In this document: in pieces, positions 61,159 through 64,000 of the stretch
Layout: each line of letters begins with the position of its first letter
How positions within the stretch are numbered: position 1 is the first letter of the stretch
Assembly: GCA_001179505.1 (NCBI GenBank)
Contig: CDMY01000989.1
Location: forward strand, 62,001-126,000
Reading direction: 5' to 3'
Source of the DNA: Vitrella brassicaformis CCMP3155
Taxonomy: Eukaryota > Protista > Chromerida
DNA: 64,000 bases
Made by a program: the position numbers and the translations under genes
Notes under the pieces: generated by a model
The model's input: the letters and a program-made list of their open reading frames with translations, nothing else
Told to the model about the DNA's origin: nothing
Databases searched by the model: none

Positions 61159-61874
61159 ATGGCTGCAGTGGTCTGGGCGCCCATCACCGACCTGCGGCCG
61201 GGCCGGAGGGTGGGGAGAAGGGCCATGAAGGGGATCGTCACCCGTGTGTAAGCGACAAGCTCATCTGTGCCCAATCTGTGCAGATCGCCGACCTCTCGAT
61301 GCACTGATGCATGAGATGCTTTGGTGCATGCATGCATGCGCAGGAGCCCCGTCAAGGCCTACAGGAAGGGGGACGGCACACAGGGCCGTATGTTTAGTCT
61401 ACTCATGACGGACGAAAGCGTAAGCAAACGAATACGCACACATGATGAGGGCTCCACGTGCATTATCATGTGCATGCAGGGCAGCGTCAAGGTCTGTGTG
61501 TTCGGCAATGGGGTGCTCAAGTTCAGCCACCATCCGCTGCCGGGCGAGGTGAGCCGAAGGGAACGGGCACCATGAGTGATTCCGAGACGTGTACTTGTGT
61601 GTATGTCGTTGATGTGTGTGTGCCCTGCGTGTGCAGGAATTCATCCTGACCAACTTCAAAGTGCTCCCCGCAAAGCAGTGAGCAATTGGATGTCAACCAC
61701 AGAGACATACACACACACTCGTACACGGCCGGAGCAGGGCTGTTATGTATGTGTGTGATATGTGTGTGATATGTGTGTGTGTGACCATGCAGAGAATTCA
61801 ACTGGGCAGAGAACGCTTTCGAGGTGCACCTCGATGGCGCGCCGCGCCACATAAGTGTCCGAGTGTGCGTGTGA
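61159..61874 (+). CDS. Stand-alone RPA70 DBD-A-like OB-fold protein (118 aa, 5 exons)
   Basis: Exons 61159-61247, 61344-61419, 61480-61548, 61637-61677 and 61793-61874 (89/76/69/41/82 nt) are phase-consistent. Product: MAAVVWAPITDLRPGRRVGRRAMKGIVTRVSPVKAYRKGDGTQGRMFSLLMTDESGSVKVCVFGNGVLKFSHHPLPGEEFILTNFKVLPAKQEFNWAENAFEVHLDGAPRHISVRVCV*. Confidence 0.82.
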
Positions 61875-62099
61875 CTGTGGTGTGCGTGGGTGCACTGCTG
61901 GCTCATTGGTGTTGGTGCGTGTGCAAGTGCCAATTTCAAGCGGGGGTAATTTGCTCGATGTGACGACTGACAGTGGGAATGCACGTGGGGATGTGCGCAC
62001 GGACACTCTGACATCGATCAACCGATGCGAGAACCACAGTAACTGTTGTCTACGCCGCCTCTCATCCATCCCATCCACACATTCACAATACACCATAAA

Positions 62100-63965
62100 T
62101 CACAACGTCTCCGTCTCAGGCTCGACGTCCTTATCGAGCAGCAACGGAATCGGCCACACAAAGTACCCATGCTTAGCGAGACACACCAGCTGCTGCACAC
62201 TCTGGCTGGCCTTCCTGTCCACCGCCTCAGCTGTGTTGAACGAGTTGTGCGGCGTGAGGGTCACACGCGGGTCCGCCGCCAGCCTCATGACCGCCTCCAC
62301 TTCTTGCGCCTGCGGTGTGTCGGGCGGTGGGGCGATCTTGTCCCTCAGCATCTCGGCAAGGCTCCTCTCGTGACTGAAAACGTCCAGTGCGACGCCGCCC
62401 AGCCGGCCTTCGTCGAGGGCTTTGAGCAGCAGAGATGAAGCGCAGAACTCGCCTCTTGAGATGTTGACAAAGAGGGCGCCTTCCTTGAGCAGAGAGAGGC
62501 GGTGGGGCGTCATGTAGCCGATGTTGCATGAGGTCAGGTTCATGCAGACCACCTGATTTGATTGCACACGGACGGGACGCACCAGAGAATAAGTGAGTGC
62601 ACTCGATGCAGTTGCTCGCACTCGGATATCTCTCTCTCTCACCACGCAGTGGGCGCCTTTGAGGGCGACTTCAGGCTCCTGGTAGGGCACCAGATCGCTG
62701 TACTTGATGGCGATGTCGACACCAACGACATTCATGCCAAGAGCAAGACCCAGACGACACACCTGCATCAAAGCATGACGGAACACACAGACATTCCATT
62801 GGTGTGGTGGATTGGATGTATGTGTGCACTTCAGTCAGTCAGCGCCTCCATCTTTCTGCCTGCCTGACCTCTGAGCCGATGTTGCCCACACCAACCACCA
62901 CCATTTTCTTGCCCTTCAACTAATACACACACACATAAACACACACACACACATGAACACACCAACGCTGAGTGAGTGAGAGTCCCTCCCTCCCGCTGTG
63001 CTCACTCACCTCCATGCCTGTAAGCCCATCTCTGTGGAACTGGTGCCACTGACTCCTCTGTTGGGCCAGCTTGCGCGACAGACTCAGCAGCAGCATTATG
63101 GCCTGCTCGGCCACGGCACGCACGCAGTAGAGCGGCAGGTGGCCGAAGTGGATGTGCTGCGTCCGCTCGACGGTCGCCTGATGCCGGTACGCCAGCAGGT
63201 GGTCATACCCTGTGGAGCGGCTCAGAATCGCCTTCAGATCCTGATGGGATGGAGGACACCCACACATTGTCTGTCCACCATTCAGCGGCCAGCTGGTCAT
63301 TGATTCTGTTGACTGTGTGTTTCCCGCTCTCTGTGTGTGGCTTGCTTACGTCTGCCCATTCCAGCGGCAGCGTGCTCTGTGTGCGGATGCTGATGACGTC
63401 GCAAGGCGGCGGGCCGATGGACGGGCCGGAGGTCTTCGATTCGCCCCGCTGCGCAAGGAACTCCTGTATGGTGGCTGGGACGAGTTCACCCTCCACCCAT
63501 GGGGTTGCATCGAGGTACCGCCGGATGTGTGCAGCCTCCTCCTCAAACGCTGAGTGCCAACAGCGTACACACACACAGATGGAATACAGACATTCAATGA
63601 ATGAGTGGATCTGCGTTGCCGCCCTCTCTGCCGTGCTGTACACCTTCGAAGAAGAATGTTCTCATTTTTCGAACGAAGTGAGGATGCTGGGGAGCCCCTG
63701 ATCTTGAGGCGGCATGATATCGACGTGATGAGATCCGACAGCACGATCCGATGAGCTGAGTGCGGCACATCAGGCTGTGAAGCGTTGCGTGATCTTCCCT
63801 TGACAGGCACAGAATACTCTTCTTCCTCTCCCCTTCCCTCCCGTTCCCAAGCTCGCAAAATGGGGCAGACTTTTCCCTGGGGGCTTTGTGTTCTTCATTG
63901 GCGCCCTTCAGGATGTCAGCAGAGAACGTCGCGCTATGGATATCTCGCGAGAAGAAGCATCCCAT
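62100..63965 (-). CDS. D-isomer-specific 2-hydroxyacid dehydrogenase (D-lactate dehydrogenase-like), multi-exon
   Basis: ILSRSTGYDHL, LPLYCVRAVAEQAIMLLLSLSRKL, GKKMVVVGVGNIGSE (Rossmann GxGxxG), LFVNISRG, GGVALDVFSHE and VTLTPHNSFNT. The start is uncertain (63965 or 63983, or beyond the window). Confidence 0.92.
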
Positions 63966-64000
63966 TATCACTCGCTCAGACAAACCATCGGCTGTCGGCA

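Larger units (their letters stand above)
1..64000. repeat. Pervasive intronic microsatellites (CA/GT, GA/CT, GGAT, GACA, GAGT)
   Basis: Nearly every intron carries such runs, e.g. 5518-5540, 7318-7345, 28430-28485, 40515-40620. Confidence 0.95.

Noticed and set aside
1-64000. tRNA, rRNA or spliced-leader RNA genes; Helitron Rep/helicase; DDE transposase; LTR elements
   Set aside because: No cloverleaf, rRNA-like block or coding motif for these was recognised by eye. tRNAscan-SE, Infernal and a TE search would be needed to exclude them formally.

Overview
Eukaryotic, intron-dense, gene-rich nuclear DNA. Introns are short GT-AG introns full of (CA)n/(GT)n/(GGAT)n/(GACA)n microsatellites. This style, a bipartite plastid-targeting presequence and lineage-specific F-box-like paralogs suggest a chromerid alveolate, probably Vitrella brassicaformis (inference). 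The first ~35 kb is mostly ordinary genes, many head-to-head: TRM10, a secreted Cys-rich protein, TRMO, a DnaJ protein, TruB, an ARM-like protein, an atypical Ras-family GTPase, two F-box-like paralogs around an ankyrin gene, phenylalanine hydroxylase, a C2 protein and a plastid-targeted MBL-fold hydrolase. From ~35 to 62 kb the region is duplication-rich and decaying. It holds tandem secreted Tyr/Cys proteins, a dead CRE-like non-LTR retrotransposon fragment, a higher-order tandem repeat and several inverted partial duplications. The main find, largely missed by the ORF track because the exons are small, is a 12-exon minus-strand gene (58418->56040). It appears to fuse two RPA70-like OB folds to a tankyrase-like PARP catalytic domain with an H-Y-E triad. 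It lies between two inverted, apparently intact ~120-aa stand-alone RPA70 DBD-A-like OB-fold genes that share its intron positions, and further pseudogene copies lie upstream. The window ends in a D-2-hydroxyacid dehydrogenase gene. All calls come from manual splicing and motif recognition; no database searches were run.
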